64,000 nucleotides of DNA from an uncultured Bacilli bacterium (GCA_934141575.1 CAKPCJ010000003.1:1756-65755), one strand, 5' to 3'. Shown: positions 1 to 11,926, counted from the first letter of the stretch. Notes: generated from the letters alone by a model not told the origin. Numbers and translations are program-made.

Positions 1-403
<403 letters not shown>

Positions 404-600
404 AAATCATCAACTCCTTTTCTAACAAAAAATGTGTCAAAAGTATTATAGTGACTAATACTGCTGACACCCTTTAAAATCTAGTTTAGAATAATGTTTG
501 CTAATAAATACGAATCTCATACTATTTAACCCCCTAAATAGACACAAGTCTTCTTGGCCGATTGTTCTATCACAATTTTAAAAAATGTCAAATATGTGGC

Positions 601-876
601 TTAAAAATGGCTTTTAATGTAGGTTTCAAAGTCTTTAAACTTTATTTTTTCATCATAATCATTAACAAATATGTCAGCACATTCATCAAACATTAAATAA
701 TCAATATTATTGATATTTATGATATGTGGCTTTACATAAGCAATATTAGTTTCTTTAATATTTTTAATATTTCCATTTGTAATAATAGGTTTAACACATG
801 CAAATTTACATATCATTTCTACCTTTCGTTTAAGTTCAATACTTATTTCTAATTCTTTAGTTTCTATTGTTAACAT
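601..876 (-). CDS. hypothetical protein (91 aa) between the recombinase remnant and ssrA
   Basis: ORF in track; no recognisable motifs. Position suggests island cargo. Confidence 0.35.
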   Translation of the reverse strand: MLTIETKELEISIELKRKVEMICKFACVKPIITNGNIKNIKETNIAYVKPHIININNIDYLMFDECADIFVNDYDEKIKFKDFETYIKSHF

Positions 877-907
877 ATAATCACTCTAACTTTCTTTCTT
901 AAACAAC

Positions 908-930
908 AAAAAAACTAACATTTCTGTTAG
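908..930 (-). terminator. rho-independent terminator downstream of ssrA
   Basis: Minus-strand reading CTAACA-GAAA-TGTTAG followed by T7. Confidence 0.4.
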
Positions 931-977
931 TAATTTATTACTCCCGAAACTTCAAAAGTTCGAGTTTCCTATCAATC

Positions 978-1317
978 TGGTGGAGCTGAGGGGAATTGAA
1001 CCCCTGTCCGAAAACAGCAATACATAAACCTCTACAAGTTTAGTCAATCAATAAATTTATTAATGCCCCATCAATTGACAACTGCTGACATTAACTAGCC
1101 TAATCATTCATTATATTTCTCGGCAAAAACATAATATAGTCTACTAAAATGAGCCCCTTAAATATCCCGTAGACATAGATATTAAAGAAGCGCTACGCCA
1201 ATAAATTACGCGAAAGCTAATTCGTTTCTGTTTCCAGTTATATTTAATTTGGATTTACGCATGCCTTACGACTTGCCATCTATGCTTGACCATTTCCGTC
1301 GAAACCATATCAGCCCC
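978..1317 (-). ncRNA. ssrA: tmRNA (SsrA), about 340 nt
   Basis: 5' end GGGGCUGAUAUGGUUUCGACGG. 3' end GGGGUUCAAUUCCCCUCAGCUCCACCA (tRNA-like acceptor/T-arm plus CCA). Tag ORF after UAUAACU is GGA AAC AGA AAC GAA UUA GCU UUC GCG UAA, i.e. (A)GNRNELAFA. Position matches the B. subtilis resume-codon context. Confidence 0.9.
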
Positions 1318-1341
1318 ATAAAAGTATTATAACATAATTGT

Positions 1342-1776
1342 TTAATACTTATTCATTTTTTTTAATTGTCTATCAAGATCTCTTTTTTTGATAGTTTCTC
1401 TCTTATCATAATTGTTCTTACCTCTACCAACACCTAGTAGCACCTTAGCATAATTGTTCTTGAAATATATTTTAAGTGGAACAAGAGTATAACCATCTAA
1501 ATCTACATAAGATTTCAATTTATTAATTTCCTTAGAATGAAGTAATAACTTCCTAGTTCGAGTTTCTATATGATTAAATCTATTTCCCTCTTCATAACTA
1601 GAAATAAACATATTAATAACAAAGACCTCGCCATTTCTAATTATTCCATAACTATCTTTTATATTACATTTTCCATTTCTAATTGATTTTATCTCAGTAC
1701 CAGTAAGAACAATACCAGTCTCATATGTTTCTATTATTTCATAATCATATCTTGCTTTTCTATTTACTATTTCCAT
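1342..1776 (-). CDS. smpB: SsrA-binding protein SmpB
   Basis: KARYDYEI...GTEIKS...[10 protein letters not shown]...[11 protein letters not shown]...[10 protein letters not shown]; immediately upstream of ssrA. Confidence 0.95.
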   Translation of the reverse strand: MEIVNRKARYDYEIIETYETGIVLTGTEIKSIRNGKCNIKDSYGIIRNGEVFVINMFISSYEEGNRFNHIETRTRKLLLHSKEINKLKSYVDLDGYTLVPLKIYFKNNYAKVLLGVGRGKNNYDKRETIKKRDLDRQLKKMNKY

Positions 1777-1784
1777 AAAAACCC

Positions 1785-3908
1785 CTAAACTAATATAAAA
1801 TCTACTTGTCTTTCTTCTTTTGAAGCATTAACAACTTTAACTCTAACCTTATCACCTAACTTATATTTAAGCTTCTTTTTCTCACCTTCCAAAGACATAG
1901 TACTTTCATTAAAATTGAAAAAATCACCTTTTAAATCTTGAATTCTAACAAGACCTTCTACCAAATTATCAAGTTCAACAAATATTCCAAAATTAGTAAC
2001 GCCACTAATAAATCCATCAAATTCTTCACCAATATGATATGTCATATACTCAGCCATTTTCATATCATCAACTTCTCTTTCACACTCTACAGCATTCTGC
2101 TCGCAAGAAGAAGTATGTTCACATAAAAACACTAATTTTTCATCCCAAATATTTATTGTCTTACTATCTATTTTACCTTCAAATAAATATTTTCTAAGAA
2201 GGCGATGAACAGTTGTATCAGGATATCTTCTTATTGGAGAAGTAAAATGAGTATAACACTTACTACCAAGACCAAAGTGTCCTAAATTTTCCTTAGAATA
2301 AACGGCCTTTCTCATACATCTAAGAAGTAAATCAGAAAGTACTGGATATTCTGGCTTATCTTTTAAAGATAGTAACAAATCCCTAACAGTTTCCGGATGA
2401 TCAAGTTTTAATTTGCCTTTAACGCTATAACCAAGACCACTAATAAATCTTAAAAAATCTTGAATTTTCTCTTCCTTAGGTTTTTCATGTATTCTATATA
2501 TAAAAGGAAGTTCCATATAATATATGTGCGTAGCTACCGTCTCATTTGCTTGAATCATAAAATCTTCAATTAATTTTTCTCCAGAGCGTTGAATTCTTTT
2601 TTCAATTCGTATAGGTTTCTTTTCTTCATCTACAATAATCTTAGGTTCAGATGAGTCAAATTCAATATATCCTCTACTTTCTTTATACTTTCTAAGTATT
2701 TTAGCTAATTTATTCATTAATTTTAAATCATCTGCAAAATCTTCATATCCATCAGGCACTACATCATTTTCAATAATAGAATTAACAGCAGAATAAGTCA
2801 TTTTTTTTCGGCTTCTAATTACACTTTCAAATATTTCATAGTTAACTGTATGTCCATTAGAATCAATTTCCATAACACATGACATAGCAAGCCTATCTTC
2901 ACCCTCATTCAAAGAACAAATTCCATTAGACAATTCATGTGGTAGCATTGGAATTACACTATCAACTAAATACACACTTGTACCTCTTTCACAAGCTTCC
3001 TGGTCAATGGGAGTATTCTCTTTAACATAATAACTAACATCTGCTATGTGAACACCTAATTCATAATTACCATTTTCTAATTGTTTAATAGATACTGCAT
3101 CATCAATATCCTTTGTATCAGCACCATCTATTGTAAAAATAACTTGATCTCTTAAATCTCTTCTTCCAGCAAGTTCATTTTCTAAAACAGATGAAGGAAT
3201 ATCCTTCAATTGTTCAATTACCTCTTCAGGAAAAACAGGATTAATTCCATACTTATAAGCAACTGATAAAATATCTATACCTGGATCATCCTTATGACCT
3301 ATTATCTTAATTACTTTACCTTTATACTTATTTTTATCAATCTGCTTAATAGTCTTAACAACAACTTTATGACCATCAACTGCATTCATACTATCAGACT
3401 TATCTATTTCTATGTATATCTTTACTTTAGAATCATCCAATTTAAGTCTTCCTCTACCCTTTTTTACAGAAACATATTCGCCGACAAATTCTTTTAATTC
3501 ACGTTTAACTATACGAACTACTCTTCCTTCAGTTTTACCCTTATATAAAATTGGTTCAACAATAACTGTATCTCCATCTATCGCACCATTCATATTGGAA
3601 AAGTCAATATATATATCATCATCAAGCATAAAAGCTTCTAAAAAGCCATACCCTTTCTTAGTTACGTGTAAAACACCTCTTTGCAAATGGCACTTTTCAA
3701 ACAGCATATATTTATTCTTATTACTTCTATACAAAGTAAAGTCAGATTCTAACTCATTTAGCACATTCATTAATTCTTTTACTTCGCTAGAATTAGAAAT
3801 ACTTAAACTATTTGAAATTTCTTCAACTGTTAAAGCGTCATTACTAGACAACAACTGTAATACTCTATCTTTCATCTTATCACCCATTCTAGATATATTA
3901 TAAAACAA
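1785..3908 (-). CDS. rnr: Ribonuclease R (VacB/RNB family 3'-5' exoribonuclease with C-terminal S1 domain)
   Basis: 707 aa; RNB-domain motifs (DIDDAVS..., HFGL...[13 protein letters not shown]); conserved rnr-smpB-ssrA synteny. True start may be an internal Met (MKDRV). Confidence 0.9.
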   Translation of the reverse strand: MFYNISRMGDKMKDRVLQLLSSNDALTVEEISNSLSISNSSEVKELMNVLNELESDFTLYRSNKNKYMLFEKCHLQRGVLHVTKKGYGFLEAFMLDDDIYIDFSNMNGAIDGDTVIVEPILYKGKTEGRVVRIVKRELKEFVGEYVSVKKGRGRLKLDDSKVKIYIEIDKSDSMNAVDGHKVVVKTIKQIDKNKYKGKVIKIIGHKDDPGIDILSVAYKYGINPVFPEEVIEQLKDIPSSVLENELAGRRDLRDQVIFTIDGADTKDIDDAVSIKQLENGNYELGVHIADVSYYVKENTPIDQEACERGTSVYLVDSVIPMLPHELSNGICSLNEGEDRLAMSCVMEIDSNGHTVNYEIFESVIRSRKKMTYSAVNSIIENDVVPDGYEDFADDLKLMNKLAKILRKYKESRGYIEFDSSEPKIIVDEEKKPIRIEKRIQRSGEKLIEDFMIQANETVATHIYYMELPFIYRIHEKPKEEKIQDFLRFISGLGYSVKGKLKLDHPETVRDLLLSLKDKPEYPVLSDLLLRCMRKAVYSKENLGHFGLGSKCYTHFTSPIRRYPDTTVHRLLRKYLFEGKIDSKTINIWDEKLVFLCEHTSSCEQNAVECEREVDDMKMAEYMTYHIGEEFDGFISGVTNFGIFVELDNLVEGLVRIQDLKGDFFNFNESTMSLEGEKKKLKYKLGDKVRVKVVNASKEERQVDFILV

Positions 3909-3947
3909 AAAAGACTTAATATTAAGTCTTTTTTATATAAGTTTACA

Positions 3948-4154
3948 CTATCTAATAAGAAAACTTACAATTATGAAGGCAAATCCTAAGCCATAAGTCA
4001 AACGAGTGATAAAAAGTTCTCCACCACGTTCTTTTCTATTTGAAAACAAATCTGAATTTCCACCCATTAATGCCCCTGTACTTTCAGCCTTACCACTTTG
4101 AAGTAAAACGATAACTATAAGTAAAACAGATATAACTATTAATAATGTTTTCAT
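3948..4154 (-). CDS. secG: Preprotein translocase subunit SecG
   Basis: 68 aa; two TM helices flanking a G-rich loop (GGNSDLF...GGEL); secG-rnr synteny as in Bacillus. Confidence 0.8.
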   Translation of the reverse strand: MKTLLIVISVLLIVIVLLQSGKAESTGALMGGNSDLFSNRKERGGELFITRLTYGLGFAFIIVSFLIR

Positions 4155-4233
4155 ACATTCACATCCTTAAAATAACAATAATAGTCTAACATATTAAAAA
4201 CTTTTTTTCAATAATTATATAATAAAAAAAGAA

Positions 4234-5496
4234 TTAATTATTACTTAATTCTTCTTCAATTCTCATTAATTGATTATACTTACAAATACGATCTGTTCTA
4301 GACATAGAACCAGTTTTAATTTGACCCAAGTTTAATCCAACTGCTAAATCAGCAATAGTAGTATCCTCAGTTTCACCAGATCTATGTGAAATAACTGTAG
4401 AATAGCCATGACTTCTAGCAAGTTCAATTGTTTCTAATGTTTCAGTAATAGTACCAATTTGATTAACTTTTAATAGTATTGCATTACCTGCATGCTTATC
4501 AATTCCCATTTGTAAGCAAGCCTTATTTGTAACAAATAAATCATCACCTACTAATTGAATTCTATCACCAATTCTTTCAGTAACTAATCTAAATCCTTCC
4601 CAATCATTTTCATCAACTGGATCTTCAATTGAAATAATTGGATATTTATTAACTAATTCTTCATAATATTCGATTAATTCTTCAGTAGTCAAGCTTCTAC
4701 CTTCACCAACTAACTCATATTTACCATTTTTATAGAATTCAGAAGCAGCAACATCAATAGCCATGCATACATCTTTGCCTGGTTCATAACCTGCTTTTTT
4801 AATAGCTTCCATAATAAGTTCAAATCCTTCACTATTTGAATCTAAATCTGGTGCAAAACCACCTTCATCACCAACACTAGTAACGAGACCTTTAGATTTC
4901 AAAACACTTTTTAAATTATGAAATACTTCTGCTCCTATTCTAACTCTATCATGAATTGTATCAGCCATTGGAATAATCATATATTCTTGGAAATCAAGCT
5001 TATTATCAGCATGTGCTCCACCATTAATAATATTCATCATTGGTCTTGGTTCAGACATTTCACCGTTTCCAAATTTTTCAGATACATATTTATATAATGG
5101 TTTTTTAGCATCAAGGGCACTTGCTCTTAATGCAGCCATAGATATACCTAGTATAGCATTAGCACCAAATTTTGACTTTGTTGGTGTTCCATCTAATTCT
5201 ATCATAGCGTAATCTAATGCTTTCTGATCAGAGGCATCCATTCCGATAACTAAATCTCTCAATGGGCCGTTTACATTAGAAACAGCTTTCAAAACACCTT
5301 TGCCCATAAAGCGAGTTCCACCATCTCTAAGTTCCAAAGCTTCTCTTTCACCAGTAGAAGCACCTGAAGGTACCATTGCTCTTCCTACAATTCCATTTTC
5401 TAGAACTACATCTACTTCAACTGTAGGATTTCCTCTAGAGTCTAATACTTCTCTACCTTTTACATCTATAATTTTTGACATTATATCATCTCCCAT
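4234..5496 (-). CDS. eno: Enolase (phosphopyruvate hydratase)
   Basis: [24 protein letters not shown]...; canonical enolase throughout. Likely true start MSKII at about 5481. Confidence 0.95.
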   Translation of the reverse strand: MGDDIMSKIIDVKGREVLDSRGNPTVEVDVVLENGIVGRAMVPSGASTGEREALELRDGGTRFMGKGVLKAVSNVNGPLRDLVIGMDASDQKALDYAMIELDGTPTKSKFGANAILGISMAALRASALDAKKPLYKYVSEKFGNGEMSEPRPMMNIINGGAHADNKLDFQEYMIIPMADTIHDRVRIGAEVFHNLKSVLKSKGLVTSVGDEGGFAPDLDSNSEGFELIMEAIKKAGYEPGKDVCMAIDVAASEFYKNGKYELVGEGRSLTTEELIEYYEELVNKYPIISIEDPVDENDWEGFRLVTERIGDRIQLVGDDLFVTNKACLQMGIDKHAGNAILLKVNQIGTITETLETIELARSHGYSTVISHRSGETEDTTIADLAVGLNLGQIKTGSMSRTDRICKYNQLMRIEEELSNN

Positions 5497-5609
5497 AAAT
5501 AGTATAACACTAAAAAATAATTGAGAAAATAGAAAAATATTTTTTTAGAAAAATAAGAATAAAATTTATTTTTTTTTATATAATTTAATGACAAGAAAGG
5601 AATGATAAA

Positions 5610-6014
5610 ATGAACGAAAATTATTTCCCAAACACTTCATTTCCCGGGAAATATCAAAGCCAAAATAGGCAAAATTCAACAAATTCAAGCATTTCCCAAG
5701 AGCCAAATTATTTTTCAAACAACTACAACATCCCTCCTACAAGTGGAGAAGATATAGATTATGAGCAATCATATATCGAAAATATTTTAAGATTAAATAG
5801 AGGAAAACTTGCAAAAATTTACGCTACATTTCCAGACGCAACCGAATGGAGAGACAAAGTATTCACAGGAATAATAGAAGCAGCAGGAAGAGATCATTTA
5901 GTAATGAGTGATCCACAAACTGGAAAATGGTATCTAATTAAAATGATATACTTCGATTACGCAGAATTTGATGAAGCTATAAATTACAATAAAGGAATAA
6001 TACCAAACACATAA
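5610..6014 (+). CDS. GerQ-like (YwdL-like) spore coat protein candidate: Q/N/S-rich N-terminus plus conserved C-terminal domain
   Basis: N-terminus rich in Q/N/S/Y (YQSQNRQNSTNSSISQEPNYFSNNYN). C-terminus YIENILRLNRGKLAKIYATF...GIIEAAGRDHLVMSDPQTGKWYLIKMIYFDYAEFDE resembles the GerQ family from memory. Confidence 0.35.
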   Translation: MNENYFPNTSFPGKYQSQNRQNSTNSSISQEPNYFSNNYNIPPTSGEDIDYEQSYIENILRLNRGKLAKIYATFPDATEWRDKVFTGIIEAAGRDHLVMSDPQTGKWYLIKMIYFDYAEFDEAINYNKGIIPNT

Positions 6015-6072
6015 TAAGGATTGAAACATCCTTTTTTATTTGCTATAATTTTTATATAAGGTAGGTGTAGTC

Positions 6073-6600
6073 ATGGATCTTATAATAATAACATGTATAT
6101 CTCTAATAGTAATAACGTTAATACTAATTTGGATAATAATAGTATATAATAATTACCAAAAACTAAAATTCAAACTTCAAGAAGCAGAGAACAATATGAA
6201 CACATTAATAAGGAATGAATTTGATACTCTAAACAACATTGGTAACATAATAAAAAATACTTTTAAAGGAGAAGAACCCTTTAAAGAATTATCCGAACTT
6301 AAATCAAAAAAACTATCAAGTTTTGAATTAAATAGAAAATTAAAAGAATACATTGCAGAATTATATAATTATAAAGAAAAATATTCAAAAACATTTAGAG
6401 AAAATGATGAATTACAAAAGCTTGTAGAAAATCTCGATGAAACAGAAGGATATATAGAAGGATGTCAAAACTACTACAATGACACAGTAATAAAATATAA
6501 TAAAGCTATATCTATATTTCCAAATATGATTATTGCTAAAATAACTCGTCAAAAAGAAAAAATGTTATTTGACAAAATAGACGAAGATTTCAAATTATAA
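6073..6600 (+). CDS. lemA: LemA family membrane protein
   Basis: N-terminal TM helix; C-terminal YYNDTVIKYNKAISIFPNMIIAKITRQKEKMLF matches the LemA signature. Confidence 0.7.
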   Translation: MDLIIITCISLIVITLILIWIIIVYNNYQKLKFKLQEAENNMNTLIRNEFDTLNNIGNIIKNTFKGEEPFKELSELKSKKLSSFELNRKLKEYIAELYNYKEKYSKTFRENDELQKLVENLDETEGYIEGCQNYYNDTVIKYNKAISIFPNMIIAKITRQKEKMLFDKIDEDFKL

Positions 6601-6637
6601 AAGACTCTTATTGTTTTTTAACAAGAGTCTTTTTTGT
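6601..6637. terminator. bidirectional rho-independent terminator between convergent lemA and the 160-aa gene
   Basis: AAGACTCTTATTG-TTTTTT-AACAAGAGTCTT followed by TTTTT; palindromic, U-tracts on both strands. Confidence 0.5.
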
Positions 6638-7090
6638 TTCACTTTCTTTATAATTATAAATAGGGAATATCTTCTGACCATCAATTTCAAGTGATTGTCC
6701 AATTCCTCGCTTTAATTCAGACATTCCTCTAAACATAGTAGTCAAGCAAAATCTATCATCAGTAGAAAGATAAGGCAAAACATTAGATAAAGTAGTTAAA
6801 GATTTAACAAATAACAAATCTTTCAAATCTGTATACATACGAATTGATTGACTAATATCATATGTATTTATAGCTCTATATTTTTTAACAGCAGCTTTTA
6901 CCTTAACTCCACGTTTTATAAATCCATTTTCAGCATAATTACCAATTTCCAATTTATTTTCCTTCAAGGTTTCAAATAATGAAGTACAAGAACGTATTTC
7001 TTCTTCTTCAATAGAATCATAACAATTCAAATATGATAAAACTACTTGATCTTCTGTCATTATATTAAATTTATTCATAATAACCTCCAC
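6608..7090 (-). CDS. hypothetical protein (160 aa), overlaps by 1 nt with the upstream HD-GYP-like gene
   Basis: ORF in track; no recognisable motifs; stop/start overlap at 7090 with upstream gene. Confidence 0.5.
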   Translation of the reverse strand: MEVIMNKFNIMTEDQVVLSYLNCYDSIEEEEIRSCTSLFETLKENKLEIGNYAENGFIKRGVKVKAAVKKYRAINTYDISQSIRMYTDLKDLLFVKSLTTLSNVLPYLSTDDRFCLTTMFRGMSELKRGIGQSLEIDGQKIFPIYNYKESETKKTLVKKQ

Positions 7091-8490
7091 TAAGCAATCT
7101 TTCTAACATTATTTTCAAGCTCAACACCTGCTAATAAGCTTTGTACATATTGAGGATTCATTTTACCAGCCTCAACATCTTTTTTCATTATCTCTACAAC
7201 TTGTTCATGAGGCATACCCTTTTTATATGGCCTATCAGCACTCAATGCATTATATACATCCAAAACATGAAGCATTTCTACTAATCTATCATTTGAATGA
7301 TCAGAAATCTTACTATCACCATAACCTATATTTGAAATTGTAACTGAATTACTATCAGTTTTTGAATTTTCAATTTTATTTTTATCATATCCAGCATGAT
7401 GATTTAAAGCATAACTAAGAATTTCATTAATTGCATCATTATCAAATAAAGCAGCATTTTCCATCATAACATGCATATTCATTATAGATCTCTGATCAGC
7501 ATCAAGACCATTAGTACTAGCCAAAATTCCTTTTGGTATGACTAGTTTACCAATATCATGCAAAACAACCATTTGTTCCAATCGTTTCTTTTCAGCATCT
7601 GATAATTTCTGATCAGGAGAAAGGCCAGAATCTAATGTTGGAATAATTTTTTTCATTCCTTGAATATGTTCATATGTAGTTTGATCATAATTCTTATACA
7701 TGTCTTCAACAGAATTTAAAATATAATCAATAGCTTCATTTGATTGAAGTTCAAAAGTACCACTCTCAAGTTTTTCTATTTTTCGCTTTTGAATTCGTCT
7801 TTGTTTAATAATTTTACTTTCTCCCATAAGAACATCTATTTGAGAAACTGCATTCATAAAATTCAAATTTTGCATTATCTCTTGTTCAGTAGTAAATCTA
7901 TCGTAATGAACAGCATCACCCAAACTAAGTGAATCTTCCTGTTTCGCCTTACCTACTCTTTGAACTGGAATATCATATTTGCATAAAAGTGAAGTAACCT
8001 CAGGAGAAAATTTAACATCCGAAGGAGTTATTATAACCTCAGGAAGTTGCAATAACATCTCATCACGCTTTGATTCATCAACAACAGTATCCAACTCTTG
8101 AAGTTTTCCAAGCAACCATTTTTCATCATTAATGGAATACTTATACGTATTAAATTTATCAGTTCGTTCAGCCAACAGCTTAACAACATTAGAATAAGTA
8201 CTATTATCATTAACTCTATTACCAATAGTATCAGATTTTAAAGCTCTACTATATTGAGAAGAAAAGCCAAAGAAGGCCATACTACAAGCTTGATTAAGTT
8301 TATCTATATAAATAGTTGATTTTTCTTCCATTTCATGAGTAGAATGATTTTCAAAATACTCTGATTCAATTAATCCAGATATAAGAGTAACCCCTGCAGC
8401 TTTTTCACTAGAACCATATAAAAATTGTTGCATACCATTTAATAATTCTTCATATTTTTTTTGAGATTCTTCAGCCATAATCATCACCAA
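7090..8490 (-). CDS. HD-GYP-family phosphohydrolase variant with about 290-aa unknown N-terminal domain
   Basis: C-terminal LHDIGKLVIPKGIL...E..M..H...HHAGYD-(insert)-GYGDS...LHVLDVYNALSADRPYKKGM follows HD-GYP domain order, but HHE is HHA and GYP is GYG with a 19-aa insertion. Confidence 0.6.
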   Translation of the reverse strand: MVMIMAEESQKKYEELLNGMQQFLYGSSEKAAGVTLISGLIESEYFENHSTHEMEEKSTIYIDKLNQACSMAFFGFSSQYSRALKSDTIGNRVNDNSTYSNVVKLLAERTDKFNTYKYSINDEKWLLGKLQELDTVVDESKRDEMLLQLPEVIITPSDVKFSPEVTSLLCKYDIPVQRVGKAKQEDSLSLGDAVHYDRFTTEQEIMQNLNFMNAVSQIDVLMGESKIIKQRRIQKRKIEKLESGTFELQSNEAIDYILNSVEDMYKNYDQTTYEHIQGMKKIIPTLDSGLSPDQKLSDAEKKRLEQMVVLHDIGKLVIPKGILASTNGLDADQRSIMNMHVMMENAALFDNDAINEILSYALNHHAGYDKNKIENSKTDSNSVTISNIGYGDSKISDHSNDRLVEMLHVLDVYNALSADRPYKKGMPHEQVVEIMKKDVEAGKMNPQYVQSLLAGVELENNVRKIA

Positions 8491-8555
8491 TTATATAATA
8501 ACCACAAAATATAATATTTAAAATACAATATTTAAAATATATACACTATATTTAC

Positions 8556-8580
8556 AAAAAAAATGAGTCTTTCGACTCAT
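8556..8580 (-). terminator. rho-independent terminator of tuf
   Basis: Minus strand ATGAGTC-GAAA-GACTCAT followed by T8. Confidence 0.6.
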
Positions 8581-8583
8581 CTT

Positions 8584-9768
8584 TTATTGAAGAATTTCAG
8601 AAACTACACCAGCACCAACTGTTCTACCACCTTCACGAATTGAGAAGTTAGTTCCATTTTCGATAGCGATAGGAGCAATTAATTCAACTGTCATAGTTAC
8701 ATTATCTCCTGGCATAACCATTTCAACACCTTGTGGTAATTCAATAACACCAGTGATATCTGTTGTTCTGAAGTAGAATTGTGGACGGTAATTTGAGAAG
8801 AATGGTGTATGTCTTCCTCCTTCTTCTTTACTTAATACATAAACTTCAGCCTTGAATTTAACATGTGGTGTAACTGATCCTGGTTTAGCTAATACTTGAC
8901 CACGTTCAACATCTTCACGAGAAATACCACGTAATAATACACCAGCATTATCTCCTGCTTCTGCATAATCAAGTTGTTTTCTAAACATTTCAATACCAGT
9001 TGCAACAGTTTTCTTAGTTTCTTTAATACCAACGATTTCAACTTCATCGTTAAGTTTTAATTGACCTCTTTCAACACGACCAGTAACAACTGTACCACGT
9101 CCTGTGATAGTAAATACGTCTTCAATAGACATTAAGAATGGTTTATCAGTGTCTCTAACTGGAGTATCAATCCATGTATCAACAGCATCCATTAATTGGT
9201 TAATAGATTCAACATATTTTGGATCTCCTTCAAGAGCTTTAAGAGCAGAACCACGAATTATTGGAGTGTTATCTCCATCGAAATTGTATTCGTTTAATAA
9301 TTCACGAATTTCCATTTCAACTAAATCAAGTAATTCTGGATCATCAACCATATCACATTTGTTCATGAATACTACCATTTTAGGTACTCCAACTTGACGT
9401 GATAATAAGATATGTTCACGAGTTTGAGCCATTGGTCCATCAGTAGCAGCAATAACTAGTATTGCACCATCCATTTGAGCAGCACCTGTAATCATGTTTT
9501 TAACATAATCAGCATGTCCTGGACAGTCAACGTGTGCATAGTGACGTTTCTCTGTTTCATACTCTACGTGAGAAGTATTAATTGTAATACCTCTTTCTCT
9601 TTCTTCTGGTGCTTTATCGATAGCAGCATAGTCAGAGAATTCTGCCATACCTTTGTCATGCATAACTTTAGTAATAGCAGCTGTTAAAGTTGTTTTACCA
9701 TGGTCAACGTGACCAATTGTACCAATATTAACATGTGGTTTAGAACGGTTAAATTTTTCTTTTGCCAT
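8584..9768 (-). CDS. tuf: Elongation factor Tu
   Basis: 394 aa; [22 protein letters not shown] GTPase motifs. Confidence 0.97.
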   Translation of the reverse strand: MAKEKFNRSKPHVNIGTIGHVDHGKTTLTAAITKVMHDKGMAEFSDYAAIDKAPEERERGITINTSHVEYETEKRHYAHVDCPGHADYVKNMITGAAQMDGAILVIAATDGPMAQTREHILLSRQVGVPKMVVFMNKCDMVDDPELLDLVEMEIRELLNEYNFDGDNTPIIRGSALKALEGDPKYVESINQLMDAVDTWIDTPVRDTDKPFLMSIEDVFTITGRGTVVTGRVERGQLKLNDEVEIVGIKETKKTVATGIEMFRKQLDYAEAGDNAGVLLRGISREDVERGQVLAKPGSVTPHVKFKAEVYVLSKEEGGRHTPFFSNYRPQFYFRTTDITGVIELPQGVEMVMPGDNVTMTVELIAPIAIENGTNFSIREGGRTVGAGVVSEILQ

Positions 9769-9841
9769 TTTATAATTTCCTCCTTTAATTTAATACATAT
9801 ATATTTTATCTAATACTTAACATTTTTGCAAGTACTTTATA

Positions 9842-11917
9842 TTAGTTTTGTCCACCATTTTTCTTGATAATTTCTTCTGCAATATTACGTGGAACTTCTT
9901 CATAATGATCAAATACCATTGTAAAGTTTCCTCTACCTTGTGTATTTGAACGTAAACTTGTAACATAACCAAACATTTCAGCAAGTGGTACCATAGCATC
10001 TATTGCTAATGCATTTCCACGAGATTCTTGTCCCATAGGTCTACCTCTTCTTGATGTGATATCACCCATTACGTTTCCAAGATATTCATCTGGTACTATA
10101 ACTTGAACTTTCATAATTGGTTCTAGTAATACAGGTTTACATTTATTTTTAGCTTCTTTTAAAGCCATAGATGCTGCAATTTTAAATGCCATTTCAGATG
10201 AATCGACATCATGATAAGAACCATCAAATAAAGTTGCTTTTACATCTATCATTTGGAATCCAGCTAATACACCTGTTTGCATAGCTTCTTGAAGTCCTTT
10301 ATCAGTTACTGGAATGTATTCACGTGGAACAACACCACCAACAACTGCGTCAACGAATTCATATCCTTTATCTGGATTTGGTTCGAATTTAATCCATACG
10401 TGTCCATATTGTCCACGTCCACCAGATTGTTTAATATACTTACCTTCACATTCTCCAGTTTGAGTTAATGTTTCACGATAAGAAACTTGTGGTTGACCAA
10501 CGTTAGCTTCAACGCCAAATTCACGTTTCATACGATCAACAATTATATCAAGGTGAAGTTCACCCATACCAGCTATAATAGTTTGACCAGTTTCATGATT
10601 TGTAGAAGCTCTAAATGTTGGATCTTCTTCAGCAAGTTTTTGTAAAGCTATTCCCATTTTATCTTGGTCAGCTTTTGATTTTGGTTCTACAGTAAGTTCG
10701 ATAACTGGTTCTGGGAATTCCATAGATTCCAATATACATGCAGATTTTTCATCACACAATGTATCACCAGTAGTAGTATTTTTTAAACCAACTGCTGCTG
10801 CTATATCACCTGCATAAACTTCAGATATTTCTGTACGGTTATTAGCATGCATTTGAAGTATACGTCCAACTCTTTCTTTTACATCCTTAGTTGCATTAAG
10901 AACATATGAGCCACTAGACAAATGTCCAGAATATACTCTAAAGAAAGTTAATTTACCAACAAACGGATCAGTCATAACTTTAAATGCTAATGCTGCAAAT
11001 GGTTCTGAATCAGATGGATGTCTAACAATTTCATTACCATCTAAATCAACACCTTTAATTGAAGCAATATCAGTTGGAGCAGGTAAATAATCAACAACTG
11101 CATCAAGTAATAATTTAACACCAGTATTTTTATATGCAGATCCGCACATAACTGGGAAGAATTCAGCAGCCAATGTTCCTTTACGAATACATTTTTTGAT
11201 GTCATCAATAGATATTTCATTACCTTCAAGATAACTTTCCATAATAGCATCATCAAATTCAACTACTTTTTCTATTAATTCATTACGTTTTTCTTCAACT
11301 AAATCTTTAAGATCAGCTGGAATTTCAATTTCTGTTGGATTTTCTTCAGGTTTTCCATCATATTGATAAGCTTTTCTATTGATGATATCAATAATACCAG
11401 TTAATTCATCACCAGCACCTATTGGCCATTCAATAGCAGCGTAATTAACACCTAATCTATCTTTAATTGATTTCAAACTAAAGTTAAAATCTGCACCTAA
11501 CTTATCCATTTTATTTGCAAAAATGATACGAGGTACTTTAAATTCAGATGCCTGTCTCCAAACTGTTTCTGTTTGAGGTTCAACACCTGCTTGAGCATCT
11601 ATAAGTGCAACTGCACCATCTAGTACTCTTAAACTTCTTGATACTTCAACAGTAAAATCTACGTGTCCTGGAGTATCAATTATATTAAATCTGTGTTTTT
11701 TCCAATAAGCGGTAGTAGCTGCGGAAGTGATAGTAATACCACGTTCTTGTTCTTGAGCCATCCAGTCCATTTGAGAAGCACCATCATGTGTTTCTCCAAT
11801 TTTATGAATTTTACCTGTATGGAATAAAATACGTTCAGTTGTAGTAGTTTTTCCAGCATCAATGTGAGCCATGATACCGAAGTTACGAGTTCTTTCTAAG
11901 CTATATTCACGAGCCAT
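9842..11917 (-). CDS. fusA: Elongation factor G
   Basis: 691 aa; [13 protein letters not shown]..., full EF-G. Confidence 0.97.
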   Translation of the reverse strand: MAREYSLERTRNFGIMAHIDAGKTTTTERILFHTGKIHKIGETHDGASQMDWMAQEQERGITITSAATTAYWKKHRFNIIDTPGHVDFTVEVSRSLRVLDGAVALIDAQAGVEPQTETVWRQASEFKVPRIIFANKMDKLGADFNFSLKSIKDRLGVNYAAIEWPIGAGDELTGIIDIINRKAYQYDGKPEENPTEIEIPADLKDLVEEKRNELIEKVVEFDDAIMESYLEGNEISIDDIKKCIRKGTLAAEFFPVMCGSAYKNTGVKLLLDAVVDYLPAPTDIASIKGVDLDGNEIVRHPSDSEPFAALAFKVMTDPFVGKLTFFRVYSGHLSSGSYVLNATKDVKERVGRILQMHANNRTEISEVYAGDIAAAVGLKNTTTGDTLCDEKSACILESMEFPEPVIELTVEPKSKADQDKMGIALQKLAEEDPTFRASTNHETGQTIIAGMGELHLDIIVDRMKREFGVEANVGQPQVSYRETLTQTGECEGKYIKQSGGRGQYGHVWIKFEPNPDKGYEFVDAVVGGVVPREYIPVTDKGLQEAMQTGVLAGFQMIDVKATLFDGSYHDVDSSEMAFKIAASMALKEAKNKCKPVLLEPIMKVQVIVPDEYLGNVMGDITSRRGRPMGQESRGNALAIDAMVPLAEMFGYVTSLRSNTQGRGNFTMVFDHYEEVPRNIAEEIIKKNGGQN

Positions 11918-11926
11918 ATTTTCCTC

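Noticed and set aside
421-600. Direct repeat of the ssrA 3' end (att site) within the window
   Set aside because: No copy of the tmRNA 3'-terminal sequence (e.g. GAATTGAACCCC) was found between the recombinase fragment and ssrA or elsewhere in the window; the other island boundary, if it exists, must lie beyond position 1.
3412-3903. 163-aa plus-strand ORF inside rnr (and similar antisense ORFs at 1938-2126, 3294-3497, 9104-9397, 15842-16117, 20623-20829, 46990-47442)
   Set aside because: All lie antisense within strongly supported conserved genes. They have low-complexity, AT-codon-driven sequences and no motifs: shadow ORFs.
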